Positions 36,117 to 45,464 are shown, counted from the stretch's first letter. The stretch: 56,727 nucleotides of DNA from an uncultured Candidatus Saccharibacteria bacterium (GCA_964551595.1 CAZKCU010000003.1:16030-72756), one strand, 5' to 3'. The notes: generated by a model not told the origin, from the sequence alone. A program made the numbers and translations.

Positions 36117-37184
36117 ATGTATTTACCGGAAGCAGCTATAGACGTTATCAAAATCTTTGCTTTGGGAGCAGTTGCTTTTATTGTAGCTTTTTTATTTACG
36201 CCAATTTTGACCCGTTTTTTATATAAATATAAATTCTGGAGAAAAGAAGTAAGAAATAAATCTTTAGATGGTAAAGAAGTACCGATTTTCCAGAAATTTC
36301 ATTCTGAGGGTGAAACTAATATTCCAAGACTTGGCGGGCTTTTAGTTTGGGGAACAACTTTAATTTTAATTTTTTTATTTTTTGGAATCTCTCAGATTAC
36401 TGACATTTGGTGGCTAAAAAAACTTAATTTTTTAAGCAGAAGCCAAACCTGGCTTCCTTTATTTGCCTTAGTGGCTGCTTCTTTGTTGGGCTTAGTTGAT
36501 GATGTTTTACAGATTTTTGGCAAGGGAAAATATATCGGTGGGGGATTGAGTTTAAAAAAACGCCTCCTCTTAGTTGCCTTAATTGGTTTAATTGGAGCTC
36601 TGTGGTTTTATTTTAAATTGGATTGGCACACAATTCATGTTCCCGGGATGGGGGATTTTGGGATTAATGGCTGGTATATCCCACTTTTCGTTTTTGTTAT
36701 GATGGCTGTTTATTCAGGCGGAGTTATTGATGGGATAGACGGTTTGGCAGGCGGCGCTTTTGCCTCAATTTTCGCAGCCTACGCCGGAATTGCTTTGTTT
36801 TTGGGCCAAATTGATATAGCCGCTTTTTGCACTGTCATTTTAGGGGCTTTGTTGGCTTTTCTATGGTTTAATATTCCTCCAGCCAGGTTTTATATGGGAG
36901 AAACTGGAATGTTAGGTCTTTGCGCCTCTTTAACTGTTGTCGCCTTTTTAACTGATTCAGTTTTAGTTTTGCCAATAATTGGATTTTTATTAGTGATTGA
37001 ATCGGGATCAGTGATTTTGCAACTTCTTTCAAAAAAATTTTGCCATAAAAAACTGTTTTTAGCTGCTCCCCTTCATTACCATTTTGAAGCAAAAGGCTGG
37101 CTTCATTATAAAGTTACTATGAGATTCTGGGTAATTGGAGTGATTATGGCAATCATGGGGGTTACTATAAGATTATTAGGATAA
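36117..37184 (+). CDS. mraY: Phospho-N-acetylmuramoyl-pentapeptide transferase
   Basis: GLVDD, DGIDGLAGG, FLWFNIPPARFYMGETG, APLHYHFE. Confidence 0.92.
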   Translation: MYLPEAAIDVIKIFALGAVAFIVAFLFTPILTRFLYKYKFWRKEVRNKSLDGKEVPIFQKFHSEGETNIPRLGGLLVWGTTLILIFLFFGISQITDIWWLKKLNFLSRSQTWLPLFALVAASLLGLVDDVLQIFGKGKYIGGGLSLKKRLLLVALIGLIGALWFYFKLDWHTIHVPGMGDFGINGWYIPLFVFVMMAVYSGGVIDGIDGLAGGAFASIFAAYAGIALFLGQIDIAAFCTVILGALLAFLWFNIPPARFYMGETGMLGLCASLTVVAFLTDSVLVLPIIGFLLVIESGSVILQLLSKKFCHKKLFLAAPLHYHFEAKGWLHYKVTMRFWVIGVIMAIMGVTIRLLG

Positions 37185-37188
37185 ATAT

Positions 37189-38493
37189 ATGAAATTTTCA
37201 AGATTGAGAAAAAAATATCCAAGGTTTACTTACGAAAAATATTCCTACAAAATCTCTGGTAAAAATTTAGAGATTTTTTTTGATTTTTTAATAGGGATTA
37301 AAATTAAATTTAGACCAAAAATAATAATCGAAAATATTGATAAATCCCAGATTGACAAAATAGAGGAGAGGATATTGAATAATTTAATTTTTAATCTAGG
37401 ATTGATGGAAATTCCCACTTATTGGAAAGTAACTTGTTCGCCAGAAATTATAATTAAAGCTGGCTTTTTAAATTCAGAGCAAGTCAACTTTTGGAAAGAT
37501 TTGATAATACAAGGTATGGGCCAGTTTTTTTACGAAAACAGAATTAACTTTAAAAAATTAGCATTTTTGGACATCCGATGTCCAAAATCGAATCAATTAT
37601 CGAGGTCCGATCTCGATAGATTTAATGGTAAATTGAAAAATCGATTTCTGGTGCCAATAGGAGGAGGGAAAGATTCAATAGTTACTTTAGAAATCTTAAA
37701 AAAAGCTAAAAAAGAGATATGCTCCTTTTTGGTAAATCCTACTAAAGCAGCTAAAAAAGTAGTAAAAATTGCTGGAATTAAAAAGCCAGTTATTGTCCAG
37801 AGAAAAATCGACCCCTTCTTATTGAAACTTAATAAAAAAGGTTATCTCAATGGCCACACTCCCTTTACCGCTGTTTTATCATTTTTAAGTGTCTTTTGTG
37901 CAGTTTTATTTGATTATAAAAATATTGCTTTTTCCAATGAAAAAAGCGCTGATGAGGGCAATGTTAAATATTTGGGCAAGATAATCAACCATCAATATTC
38001 AAAAACCTCTGAATTTGAAAGAAAATTCAAAAATCATTGCAAAAAATATTTGGCAAAAAATATAAATTATTTCAGTTTTTCGCAACCTTATACCGAATTG
38101 GAAATCTCAAAAATGTTTACAAAATATCCCGAATATTTTTTAGTTTTTTCCAGTTGTAATCGGGCATCAAAAATAGGAGAAAGGTGGTGCGGAAATTGCC
38201 CGAAGTGTTTATTCATTTACACCGCCTTGTATTCTTTTTTAGAAAAAAAACAACTTTTGAAAATTTTTGGACAAGACTTATTCAAAAAAAAAGAATTATT
38301 ACCAATAATGCAAGAACTGATAGGGGAAAGGGGATTCAAACCTTTTGAATGCGTGGGAACAAAAAAAGAAAACCTAATTGCCTTCTATTTAAGTTGGAAA
38401 AAATACAGGGGTCGGGTTGCGGTTAAGCTTCCTTTCCTATTGGAATATTTTGAAAAGAAAATATTACCTAAAGAGTTTGGGGGAATATTTTAA
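37189..38493 (+). CDS. murL: UDP-MurNAc-L-Ala-L-Glu epimerase (MurL-like)
   Basis: VPIGGGKDSIV, NGHTPFTA, SNEKSADEGN, NHQYSKTSEFE, FSSCN, WCGNCPKC, KPFECVG; located between mraY and murD. Confidence 0.8.
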   Translation: MKFSRLRKKYPRFTYEKYSYKISGKNLEIFFDFLIGIKIKFRPKIIIENIDKSQIDKIEERILNNLIFNLGLMEIPTYWKVTCSPEIIIKAGFLNSEQVNFWKDLIIQGMGQFFYENRINFKKLAFLDIRCPKSNQLSRSDLDRFNGKLKNRFLVPIGGGKDSIVTLEILKKAKKEICSFLVNPTKAAKKVVKIAGIKKPVIVQRKIDPFLLKLNKKGYLNGHTPFTAVLSFLSVFCAVLFDYKNIAFSNEKSADEGNVKYLGKIINHQYSKTSEFERKFKNHCKKYLAKNINYFSFSQPYTELEISKMFTKYPEYFLVFSSCNRASKIGERWCGNCPKCLFIYTALYSFLEKKQLLKIFGQDLFKKKELLPIMQELIGERGFKPFECVGTKKENLIAFYLSWKKYRGRVAVKLPFLLEYFEKKILPKEFGGIF

Positions 38494-38558
38494 AAACCTT
38501 ACCATTGACAGAAATAGAATAATATGCTATTATTACAGTATAAGGAAAGGTTAATTTG

Positions 38559-38604
38559 CAGTGAGATGTCTAAATACTAACTAAAAAGAGTAGACATCTC
38601 ACTG
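38559..38604. promoter_or_regulatory. Perfect 14-bp inverted repeat in the leader after promoter TTGACA(38505)-17-TATTAT
   Basis: cagtgagatgtcta-N18-tagacatctcactg. Confidence 0.55.
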
Positions 38605-38641
38605 GAGATGTTTGCTCTTTAAAAAAGAAAGGAGAAAAAAC

Positions 38642-38908
38642 ATGGAAAAGAGCGAGATTGGAGGATATATTTTAGAGAAGGATGGAGGGAAAATTATTGC
38701 AATAACCCCAGCCGGTTCTACACACACGATTAGAGTTGGGCAGGAAGTCGTTGCGAATGGCCGTATGTTTTTCCCCGCCGGAACAAAAGGTAAGGTTATA
38801 AAAATATATGAACCACATGCCGAGAGACTAACAAGCGATGTTATCGGGGTTCAATTTGAGGGTGAATCGTGCTGTTCTTTTATGAAGTTCAAAGATCTTC
38901 TATCTTAA
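38642..38908 (+). CDS. Hypothetical small beta-barrel-like protein
   Basis: AGGAG RBS before ATG 38642; VGQEVVAN...GTKGKVIKI...GVQFEG. Confidence 0.65.
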   Translation: MEKSEIGGYILEKDGGKIIAITPAGSTHTIRVGQEVVANGRMFFPAGTKGKVIKIYEPHAERLTSDVIGVQFEGESCCSFMKFKDLLS

Positions 38909-38909
38909 T

Positions 38910-39249
38910 CGCTGGAGCGCTAGATACGACCTCTGATATCGTCGTTCTTGGAGAAGCAAATAGCTTATCTGTAATCCCAAAAAAAAGGAGAAGGCAGGGT
39001 TGAACCGTAAGGTTCCTAAAAAGGTAATTGAACTTCCTTTGTAAAAGTTACAAAGTAAAGGCAGAACAAGAACTTTTCCTCCCTTCTCCCCACGCCTGAA
39101 TTTAAATTGTAGCTTTATCGAGCTTCGGCTCGAGACAGATCGATCCTATATTGGAGAGTTAGAAAAAATCTTTCCAGATGTTGGAAACCATCTTAAATGT
39201 TTCTACCTCTGAAATCGAAAGATTTTCTCCTTCCTCTCCTATTTTTTTT
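38910..39249 (+). ncRNA. Candidate structured RNA (unassigned)
   Basis: Long-range ggagaagg/ccttctcc and ggagag/ctctcc helices, GTAA and cTTCGg tetraloop hairpins, terminal T-run. Confidence 0.25.
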
Positions 39250-39280
39250 GGTTTAAATTTGTGGTATTCTAAAAGTAGAG

Positions 39281-39337
39281 GTCGAAGAGAACTTTGTTCT
39301 CTTCTTTCACCTTTATTTTCGCTACGCGAAAACTCGG
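39281..39337 (+). repeat. Dispersed double-hairpin element immediately upstream of murD
   Basis: gtc-gaagagaac-ttt-gttctcttc-tttcaccttta-ttttcgctacgcgaaaa-ctcgg-t-ATG. Confidence 0.8.
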
Positions 39338-39338
39338 T

Positions 39339-40661
39339 ATGAAATTAAAAGAATTAAAAGACAAAAGCGTGCTAATTTTGGGTTTTAGCAGGGAAGGGAT
39401 GGACAGTTTTAAATTTTTGAGAAAACTTTTTCCGAAAAAGATTTTAGGAATAGCAGACAGAAACGAAAATGTCAAATGTCAAATGTCAAATGTCAAATGT
39501 TATTTGGGTAAAAATTATCTTAAGGCACTTAAAAATTATGATGTTATAATTAAGTCACCGGGAATCTCGCCAAAAGTTATAGCTCCTTTTATCAGCAAAA
39601 GGCAGAGAATTACCTCCCAAACCGAAATTTTCTTTGAAAATTTTCCTGGAAAAATTATCGGCATCACCGGTACCAAGGGAAAAGGCACAACCAGCTCTTT
39701 AATCTACAGAATTTTAAAGGAAGGGGGATTCAAGGCCTATTTGGTTGGCAATATTGAAAAACCGGTTTTATCAACACTCTTTAAGGCTAAGGATGATGAT
39801 ATCTTTGTCTATGAACTATCCAGCCATCAACTATATAATCTTAAAAGGAGCTGCCAAATTGCTGTTTTTTTAAACCTTTTTGCGGCCCATTTAGATTATT
39901 ACAAAAATTTTAGAGAATATATTAATGCTAAGGCAAATATAACCCGTTATCAGGCAAATCGAGACTATTTAATTTTTAATTCTCAAGATAAGCTTGTTAA
40001 AAAAATTGCCAAAAGTTCCCGAGCTAAAAAAATTCCAATCCCTACGAGTTACGAATATCTTACAAATATACGAATTCCTCTGATAGGTAAATTTAACTTA
40101 AAAAATGTAATGGCGGCAGTGGTGGTGGGGGAGTTGCTTAATATTCCCAAGAAAAAAATAAGAGAGGCAATAAAATCTTTCAAACCCTTACCTCATCGCT
40201 TAGAATTTATTAGCAAATACAGGGGAATAGAATTTTATAATGATTCTTTAGCAACTGTTCCTCAGGCGGTTGAGGCGGCATTGGAGGCCTTAGAAAATAA
40301 TAAAGTAAAAACTCTGATTTTGGGCGGCTATGACCGCGGAAGCATTGATTTTGCTTCCCTAGCAAAAAAGATTTTAGAAAGCAAAATAAGGACTCTTATT
40401 TTTCTCTCGCCTGGCACCGCTGAAATAATCTGGCAGAAAATTTTATCTTTAAAAACAAAAAGAAGAAGTTTACCTGAAGCATTTTTTGTCTCCTCAATGA
40501 AAGAAGCAGTTAAGCTCGCTTATCAAAAAACAAAAAAGGGAGAAACTTGCCTGCTTTCACCGGCCAGCCCGAGTTTTAATCTTTTCCGAGATTACAAAGA
40601 AAGAGGCAATTTATTTAAAAAATATGTAAAAAAGTATGGTAAGAAATCCTATTCGTCCTGA
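39339..40661 (+). CDS. murD: UDP-MurNAc-L-Ala--Glu ligase (MurD, possibly the L-Glu-using MurD2 type)
   Basis: SPGI, GITGTKGKGTT, ELSSHQL, HLDY, FYNDSLAT, LILGG, LLSPASPSF; ATG 39339. Confidence 0.93.
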   Translation: MKLKELKDKSVLILGFSREGMDSFKFLRKLFPKKILGIADRNENVKCQMSNVKCYLGKNYLKALKNYDVIIKSPGISPKVIAPFISKRQRITSQTEIFFENFPGKIIGITGTKGKGTTSSLIYRILKEGGFKAYLVGNIEKPVLSTLFKAKDDDIFVYELSSHQLYNLKRSCQIAVFLNLFAAHLDYYKNFREYINAKANITRYQANRDYLIFNSQDKLVKKIAKSSRAKKIPIPTSYEYLTNIRIPLIGKFNLKNVMAAVVVGELLNIPKKKIREAIKSFKPLPHRLEFISKYRGIEFYNDSLATVPQAVEAALEALENNKVKTLILGGYDRGSIDFASLAKKILESKIRTLIFLSPGTAEIIWQKILSLKTKRRSLPEAFFVSSMKEAVKLAYQKTKKGETCLLSPASPSFNLFRDYKERGNLFKKYVKKYGKKSYSS

Positions 40662-41754
40662 TTATATTTTAGCTGGAGTTATAATGATTTTGTTGATTTT
40701 GGGAATTTTAATCCTATCTAGTGTTTCAGCTACCCTTTCTCAGGAAAGATTTGGCACTACTTTTTACTTTTTAAATCACCAAATCTTTTTCGGATTAATT
40801 CCGGGGATAATCTTAGCTTTTCTATTTTTTAAGATTAAATTGGGTTTTTTAAAAAAATGGTCTCCGGTCTTACTTTTAATAAATTTAGGGCTAGTAGGAA
40901 TGATTTTTTTACCTAAAATTGGAACTGGAGCTGGAGGGGCAATGAGATGGATTTCAGCAGGTCCAATTTCCTTTCAGCCTTCAGAATTTTTAAAACTTAC
41001 CTTTATCTTATATTTAGCAAGTTGGTTAACCAGCAAGGCCAAAAAAACTATACCAAGTAAAAAACCAAAAGTATTCAGTGAAGCCTTAATTGCTTTCTTA
41101 ATAATAATCGGGATAATAAGTTTGTTTTTAATTTTTCAGCCAGATATTAGCACCCTGGGAATAATTGTTTTAGTGGCAGCCTTAATGTATTTTATATCTA
41201 GTACTCCTTTGTGGCATAGTATCTTAATATTTTTAGTTGCTTCAGGAAGTCTATTGGCTTTAATAAAAATTGCTCCTTATAGAGCCAACCGTCTTTCAGT
41301 TTTTTTAAACCCTTTGCTCGATCCAATGGGAAAAGGTTATCAGATAAAACAGGCCCTGATTACTGTGGGGTCGGGAGGAATATCTGGTTTAGGCCTTGGA
41401 ATGAGTCTCCAAAAATTTGGGTTTTTACCCCAATCAATGTCAGATACAATTTTTGCCATATTTGCTGAAGAAACAGGATTTATTGGATGTTTAATTTTAA
41501 TTTTTCTATTTTTAATTTTTTTCTGGCGGGGATTTAAAATTGGGAAATCCACTCAAGATAAATTTTCTCAATTAATCGCTATGGGAATTAGTTCCTGGAT
41601 TGTCCTTCAAGGATTTATTAATATCGGAGCTATGATTGGAATTTTACCCCTAACTGGCGTTCCCTTGCCTTTTATCAGTTATGGAGGATCGCATGTAGTT
41701 GTCGAGTTAATTGGAATTGGAATCTTACTTAATATTTCAAAACACAAAGCATGA
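40636..41754 (+). CDS. ftsW: SEDS family peptidoglycan glycosyltransferase
   Basis: GAMRWI, FQPSEFLK, QPDIST, GYQIKQALI..GSGG, DTIFAIFAEE, GVPLPFISYGGS. Confidence 0.92.
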   Translation: MVRNPIRPDYILAGVIMILLILGILILSSVSATLSQERFGTTFYFLNHQIFFGLIPGIILAFLFFKIKLGFLKKWSPVLLLINLGLVGMIFLPKIGTGAGGAMRWISAGPISFQPSEFLKLTFILYLASWLTSKAKKTIPSKKPKVFSEALIAFLIIIGIISLFLIFQPDISTLGIIVLVAALMYFISSTPLWHSILIFLVASGSLLALIKIAPYRANRLSVFLNPLLDPMGKGYQIKQALITVGSGGISGLGLGMSLQKFGFLPQSMSDTIFAIFAEETGFIGCLILIFLFLIFFWRGFKIGKSTQDKFSQLIAMGISSWIVLQGFINIGAMIGILPLTGVPLPFISYGGSHVVVELIGIGILLNISKHKA

Positions 41755-42884
41755 GAATTTTATTTACCGGTGGAGGCACCGGAGGCCATATTTTTCCAAT
41801 AATCGCCCTTGTGAGAGAGATAAGAAGAGTTTTTCCAAACTCAGAAAAACTGGAGTTTTACTATATTGGCCCGAAAGATGAAATTTCCGCGATTTTACTT
41901 TCTCAGGAGGAAATTAATGTTAAAAGAGTTTTAACCGGAAAAATTCGGCGGTATTTCGGATTTCTTGCAATCTTGCAAAATTTTATAGATGTTTTATTTA
42001 AAATCCCAATAGGTATAATTCAGGCTCTTTTTTATATTTTCTTTCTGGCTCCTGACCTTATTTTCAGCAAAGGAGGATATGGTTCAATTCCAGCCGTAAT
42101 CTCTGGCCGGCTTTTGGCAGTCCCGATTTTTTTACATGAATCAGATATTGCTCCAGGTCTTGCTAATAGATTTTTAAGTCGATTTGCTCTGGAAATTTTT
42201 GTTTCTTTTCCAGTTCAAAAAACTGAATTTTTTTCACCAAAAAAAATGATTTCAGTTGGCAACCCAATCAGGAAAGAACTATTGGAGAGTTCAAAAGAAA
42301 CAGCCAAAAAAACATTTAAATTGACAGGAGAAAAACCGATAATTTTGGTTCTAGGCGGTTCTCAGGGAGCCCAAAGAATTAATGATATGTTGCTTCAAAT
42401 TTTACCTCAAATCTTGCTAAATTTTGAAATAATTCATCAAACAGGTCTAAAAAATTTCAAAGAGGTTGAGGCTGAAGCAAATATTGTAATAAGCAAAGAA
42501 TTAAAAAGGTATTATCATCCTTTCCCGTTTTTAGAAGAAACAAATCTCAGCCAGGCCTACCAGGCTGCAGATTTAGTTGTAGCAAGAGCGGGATCTGGAA
42601 CTATTTTTGAGATTTCAGCTGTAGGAATACCAAGTATTTTAATTCCCTTACCTGAATCTGCCCAAAACCATCAAGTAAAAAATGCCTATTTATATGCTGA
42701 AACAGGAGCTGCTTTAGTGCTTGAGGAGGAAAATTTAACTCCCCATTTTTTCTTTGAAAGACTAGAATATTTATTTTCTCATCCAGAAGAGCTGGAAAAA
42801 ATGAGAAGAGAAGCCAAAGAATTTTCCAAACCCCGAGCGGCTCGAGTAATTGCCGAATACATTGGGGAATATTTAACTCAATAG
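41751..42884 (+). CDS. murG: Undecaprenyl-PP-MurNAc-pentapeptide GlcNAc transferase
   Basis: TGGGTGGHIFP, KGGYGSIP, HESD..PGLANR, GGSQGA, RAGSGT, HQVKNA. Confidence 0.96.
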   Translation: MRILFTGGGTGGHIFPIIALVREIRRVFPNSEKLEFYYIGPKDEISAILLSQEEINVKRVLTGKIRRYFGFLAILQNFIDVLFKIPIGIIQALFYIFFLAPDLIFSKGGYGSIPAVISGRLLAVPIFLHESDIAPGLANRFLSRFALEIFVSFPVQKTEFFSPKKMISVGNPIRKELLESSKETAKKTFKLTGEKPIILVLGGSQGAQRINDMLLQILPQILLNFEIIHQTGLKNFKEVEAEANIVISKELKRYYHPFPFLEETNLSQAYQAADLVVARAGSGTIFEISAVGIPSILIPLPESAQNHQVKNAYLYAETGAALVLEEENLTPHFFFERLEYLFSHPEELEKMRREAKEFSKPRAARVIAEYIGEYLTQ

Positions 42885-42888
42885 AAAA

Positions 42889-44499
42889 ATGAATCCCGAA
42901 GACTTTAAATTAAAAAAACCAGGAGAAATAAGGACGCGATTTGCTCCCTCACCAACCGGTTTTTTGCATGTTGGCGCTGCCAGAACTGCTCTTTTTAACT
43001 ATCTCTTCGCTAAAAAAAATCAGGGTATTTTTGTCTTAAGGATTGAAAATACCGATATTAAAAGGTCTAGCCGTCTGTTTGAAAAAGACATTATAGAAAG
43101 CTTAAAATGGCTGGGAATTGAATGGGATGAAGGCCCAGTCGAAAGTCAAAAGTATTTAGGAGAATACGGACCTTACAGACAAAGTGAGAGGCTAAATATC
43201 TACAAGAAATACTTAGAAAAATTATTAAAAGAAGATAAGGCTTATCATTGTTTTTGTTCGGAAGAAGAACTGGAAGCTCAAAGGCAATACCAAATGAGTA
43301 TTGGCCAGCCTCCTCGCTATAATGGGAAATGCCGAGATCTTTCCTCAAAAACAATAAAAAAGTATTTAGCTGAAGGAAAAAAGTCTGTCATCAGATTTAA
43401 GGTTTTACCAAAAAAAGTAAAGTTCGAGGATATGATCCGGGGTCAGATAGAATTCGATGCCAGTTTGCTTGGAGATATTACCATTGCTAAAAATTTAACT
43501 GCGCCTCTCTATAATTTCGCCGTAGTAGTAGATGACTTTGAGATGAAAATTACTCATATAATTAGGGGAGAAGACCTTCTTTCCAACACCCCAAAACAGA
43601 TTTTGATTCAAGAGGCTCTAAGCTTCCCGCCGTTAAAATATGCTCATCTGCCCCTAATTTTAGGTCCAGACAGAGCTAAATTATCAAAAAGGCATGGAGC
43701 AATAGCTATTGCTGATTATAGAAAAGCAGGTTATCTGCCAGAAGCCTTAATCAATTTTATGGCTTTTTTGGGTTGGAATCCGGGCGAGGAAAGAGAAATT
43801 TATTCCCTTCTATCTCTGATTAAAGAATTTTCAATTGAGAGATGTCAAAAAGGAGGAGCAATTTTTAACATTAAAAGGTTAGACTTTTTAAACGGTTTTT
43901 ACATCCGTCAGCGGTCAATTGAAAAATTAACAAAAATCTGCCTTCCTTATTTATTGGAAGCTGAATTAATAGAAGGATGCAAACCATCTACAGCTATCTA
44001 CCCGAAGAAGACTCCAAAGAGAGGAAATCCTGAAACACTAAAGCTTATTTCAGAAACCGAGCCAAAATTTAAAATCAAAGAAACCGGAGAAATTATAGGC
44101 TTAGATGAATTAGAAAAAATTGTTTCAATTTATCAAGAAAGATTAAAGAAATTGTCTGAAATTTCCGAATTAACTGATTTTTTCTTTAAAGAGAAATTAG
44201 AATATGATAAAAATTTATTGAGATGGGAAAAAATGTCAGATAAAGAAATAAGACATTCTCTTGACAAATTAGAAAAAATATTATCTAAAATAGAAGAGGA
44301 AAATTGGTCAAAAGAAAATTTAGAAAAAGTTTTAATGCCAGAAGCAGAAAAAATAGGGGATAAGGGAAATCTTTTGTGGCCCTTAAGGGTTGCTTTAACC
44401 GGTAAAGAAGCCTCGGCTGGACCATTTGAAATAGCCGAAATATTGGGAAAAGAGAAAGTGTTAAAAAGAATAAAAGAAGCTAGGGGATTAAGTCGATGA
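42889..44499 (+). CDS. gltX: Glutamate--tRNA ligase
   Basis: RTRFAPSPTGFLHVG, YRQSER, IRGEDLL, KLSKRHG, LRVALTG. Confidence 0.96.
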   Translation: MNPEDFKLKKPGEIRTRFAPSPTGFLHVGAARTALFNYLFAKKNQGIFVLRIENTDIKRSSRLFEKDIIESLKWLGIEWDEGPVESQKYLGEYGPYRQSERLNIYKKYLEKLLKEDKAYHCFCSEEELEAQRQYQMSIGQPPRYNGKCRDLSSKTIKKYLAEGKKSVIRFKVLPKKVKFEDMIRGQIEFDASLLGDITIAKNLTAPLYNFAVVVDDFEMKITHIIRGEDLLSNTPKQILIQEALSFPPLKYAHLPLILGPDRAKLSKRHGAIAIADYRKAGYLPEALINFMAFLGWNPGEEREIYSLLSLIKEFSIERCQKGGAIFNIKRLDFLNGFYIRQRSIEKLTKICLPYLLEAELIEGCKPSTAIYPKKTPKRGNPETLKLISETEPKFKIKETGEIIGLDELEKIVSIYQERLKKLSEISELTDFFFKEKLEYDKNLLRWEKMSDKEIRHSLDKLEKILSKIEEENWSKENLEKVLMPEAEKIGDKGNLLWPLRVALTGKEASAGPFEIAEILGKEKVLKRIKEARGLSR

Positions 44500-44606
44500 A
44501 GACTTTGTCCTCATCTTCACCTTCGCTTTTGCTACACAAAAGCTTGCTGGTCGATGAAACTAACGTTTCATCTTCATCTTCGTTTTTGTTGCGCAAAAAC
44601 TTGCTC
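44492..44606 (+). repeat. Two tandem copies (58-bp period) of the double-hairpin element
   Basis: gtcgatgaagactttgtcctcatc-ttcaccttcg-cttttgctacacaaaag-cttgct, then gtcgatgaaactaacgtttcatc-ttcatcttcg-tttttgttgcgcaaaaa-cttgct. Confidence 0.85.
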
Positions 44607-44607
44607 T

Positions 44608-45015
44608 ATGAAGAAAACAATAACAATTTTAATCCTATTTGGGCTTTTATTGCCAGGTTTTTATTTTGTTCAGGGAGTTAATCAATCTCCCCAACCACCG
44701 GAAACTTTAAAAGAAGCAGAAGTTGTTGGAGGGAAGGTTTTAAGACTTCTTCCTGAGGCCTTAAAAAAAGTCTGGCAGGAGGCTTCGGAAATTTGGCAAA
44801 TAATGGGGGAGAAGGTTAAAAATTTCTGGAATTCTTACATTTTGCCCTGGTTTCAAAATATCTGGCAGAAAATCCAATCTTCCTTTGGAAAAGAAATAGA
44901 AGAAAGAAAACCAGTTATTGAAGAAGAATTTAAAAAAGAAAAAGAGGAAATGAAAACTGATTTACCAAAAGTTGGAGAATCGCTCTGGGAAAGGTTTAAG
45001 GAATTAATAAAGTAA
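44608..45015 (+). CDS. Secreted/membrane hypothetical protein with Trp-rich amphipathic helices
   Basis: Signal-like MKKTITILILFGLLLPGFYFVQG at ATG 44608; the track N-terminal extension is repeat-derived. Confidence 0.7.
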   Translation: MKKTITILILFGLLLPGFYFVQGVNQSPQPPETLKEAEVVGGKVLRLLPEALKKVWQEASEIWQIMGEKVKNFWNSYILPWFQNIWQKIQSSFGKEIEERKPVIEEEFKKEKEEMKTDLPKVGESLWERFKELIK

Positions 45016-45179
45016 AAAAAGAGGGACTAGTATTTTTATTTTATCAGTTAAGTCAATCTGGGATTGACTTTTTTGAAAAGAAATATATAATCTTTTTAGG
45101 ACACAAGCGCTGATTTATTCAGCCCCCTGACCTGACAAAAATCAGGCAGGTAAAATAAAAAAAAGAAAAGGGAGGAGTT

Positions 45180-45464
45180 ATGGAAGTATCAGGACCCAAA
45201 ATCTTGATAATAAGGGTTCCCACAAAAGAACTCTATGAAGAAGTTGTAAAAAAGGCAATTAAGGAAGGCTGCAGTTGGCGCGATGGTAACGGTAATAAAG
45301 ATAAAAAAATAAACCAACGTTATTGGGACTATTGGAACTATGTGGGAAAAAATACTGTAATATACATAAGAAAGAAAGTGCTAACGTATGGCAGCTTCGA
45401 GCGTAAAAGAGATAATAATAGCTATATTATTCTGACAGCGCAGGAGTATCTACAGAGAAAATAA
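45180..45464 (+). CDS. Hypothetical protein
   Basis: Own TTGACT...TATAAT promoter, GGAGG RBS, downstream hairpin agcgccc/gggcgct. Confidence 0.65.
   Translation: MEVSGPKILIIRVPTKELYEEVVKKAIKEGCSWRDGNGNKDKKINQRYWDYWNYVGKNTVIYIRKKVLTYGSFERKRDNNSYIILTAQEYLQRK

Noticed and set aside
38910-39249. RNase P RNA, tmRNA, SRP RNA or 6S RNA
   Set aside because: No convincing conserved cores. A minus-strand gaggaaaagttc resembles RNase P CR-I, but no matching CR-V was found. Left as an unassigned candidate.
43960-44060. Repeat-derived insertion in GltX (CKPSTAIYPKKTPKRGNPETLK)
   Set aside because: It looks like an extra loop, but no palindrome or second copy was detectable, so its origin cannot be supported.
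44496-44681. ORF 44496..44681 and the N-terminal extensions of ORFs 44554 and 39294
   Set aside because: They are translations of the hairpin repeat element (Ser/Leu-rich); better starts are at 44608 and 39339.
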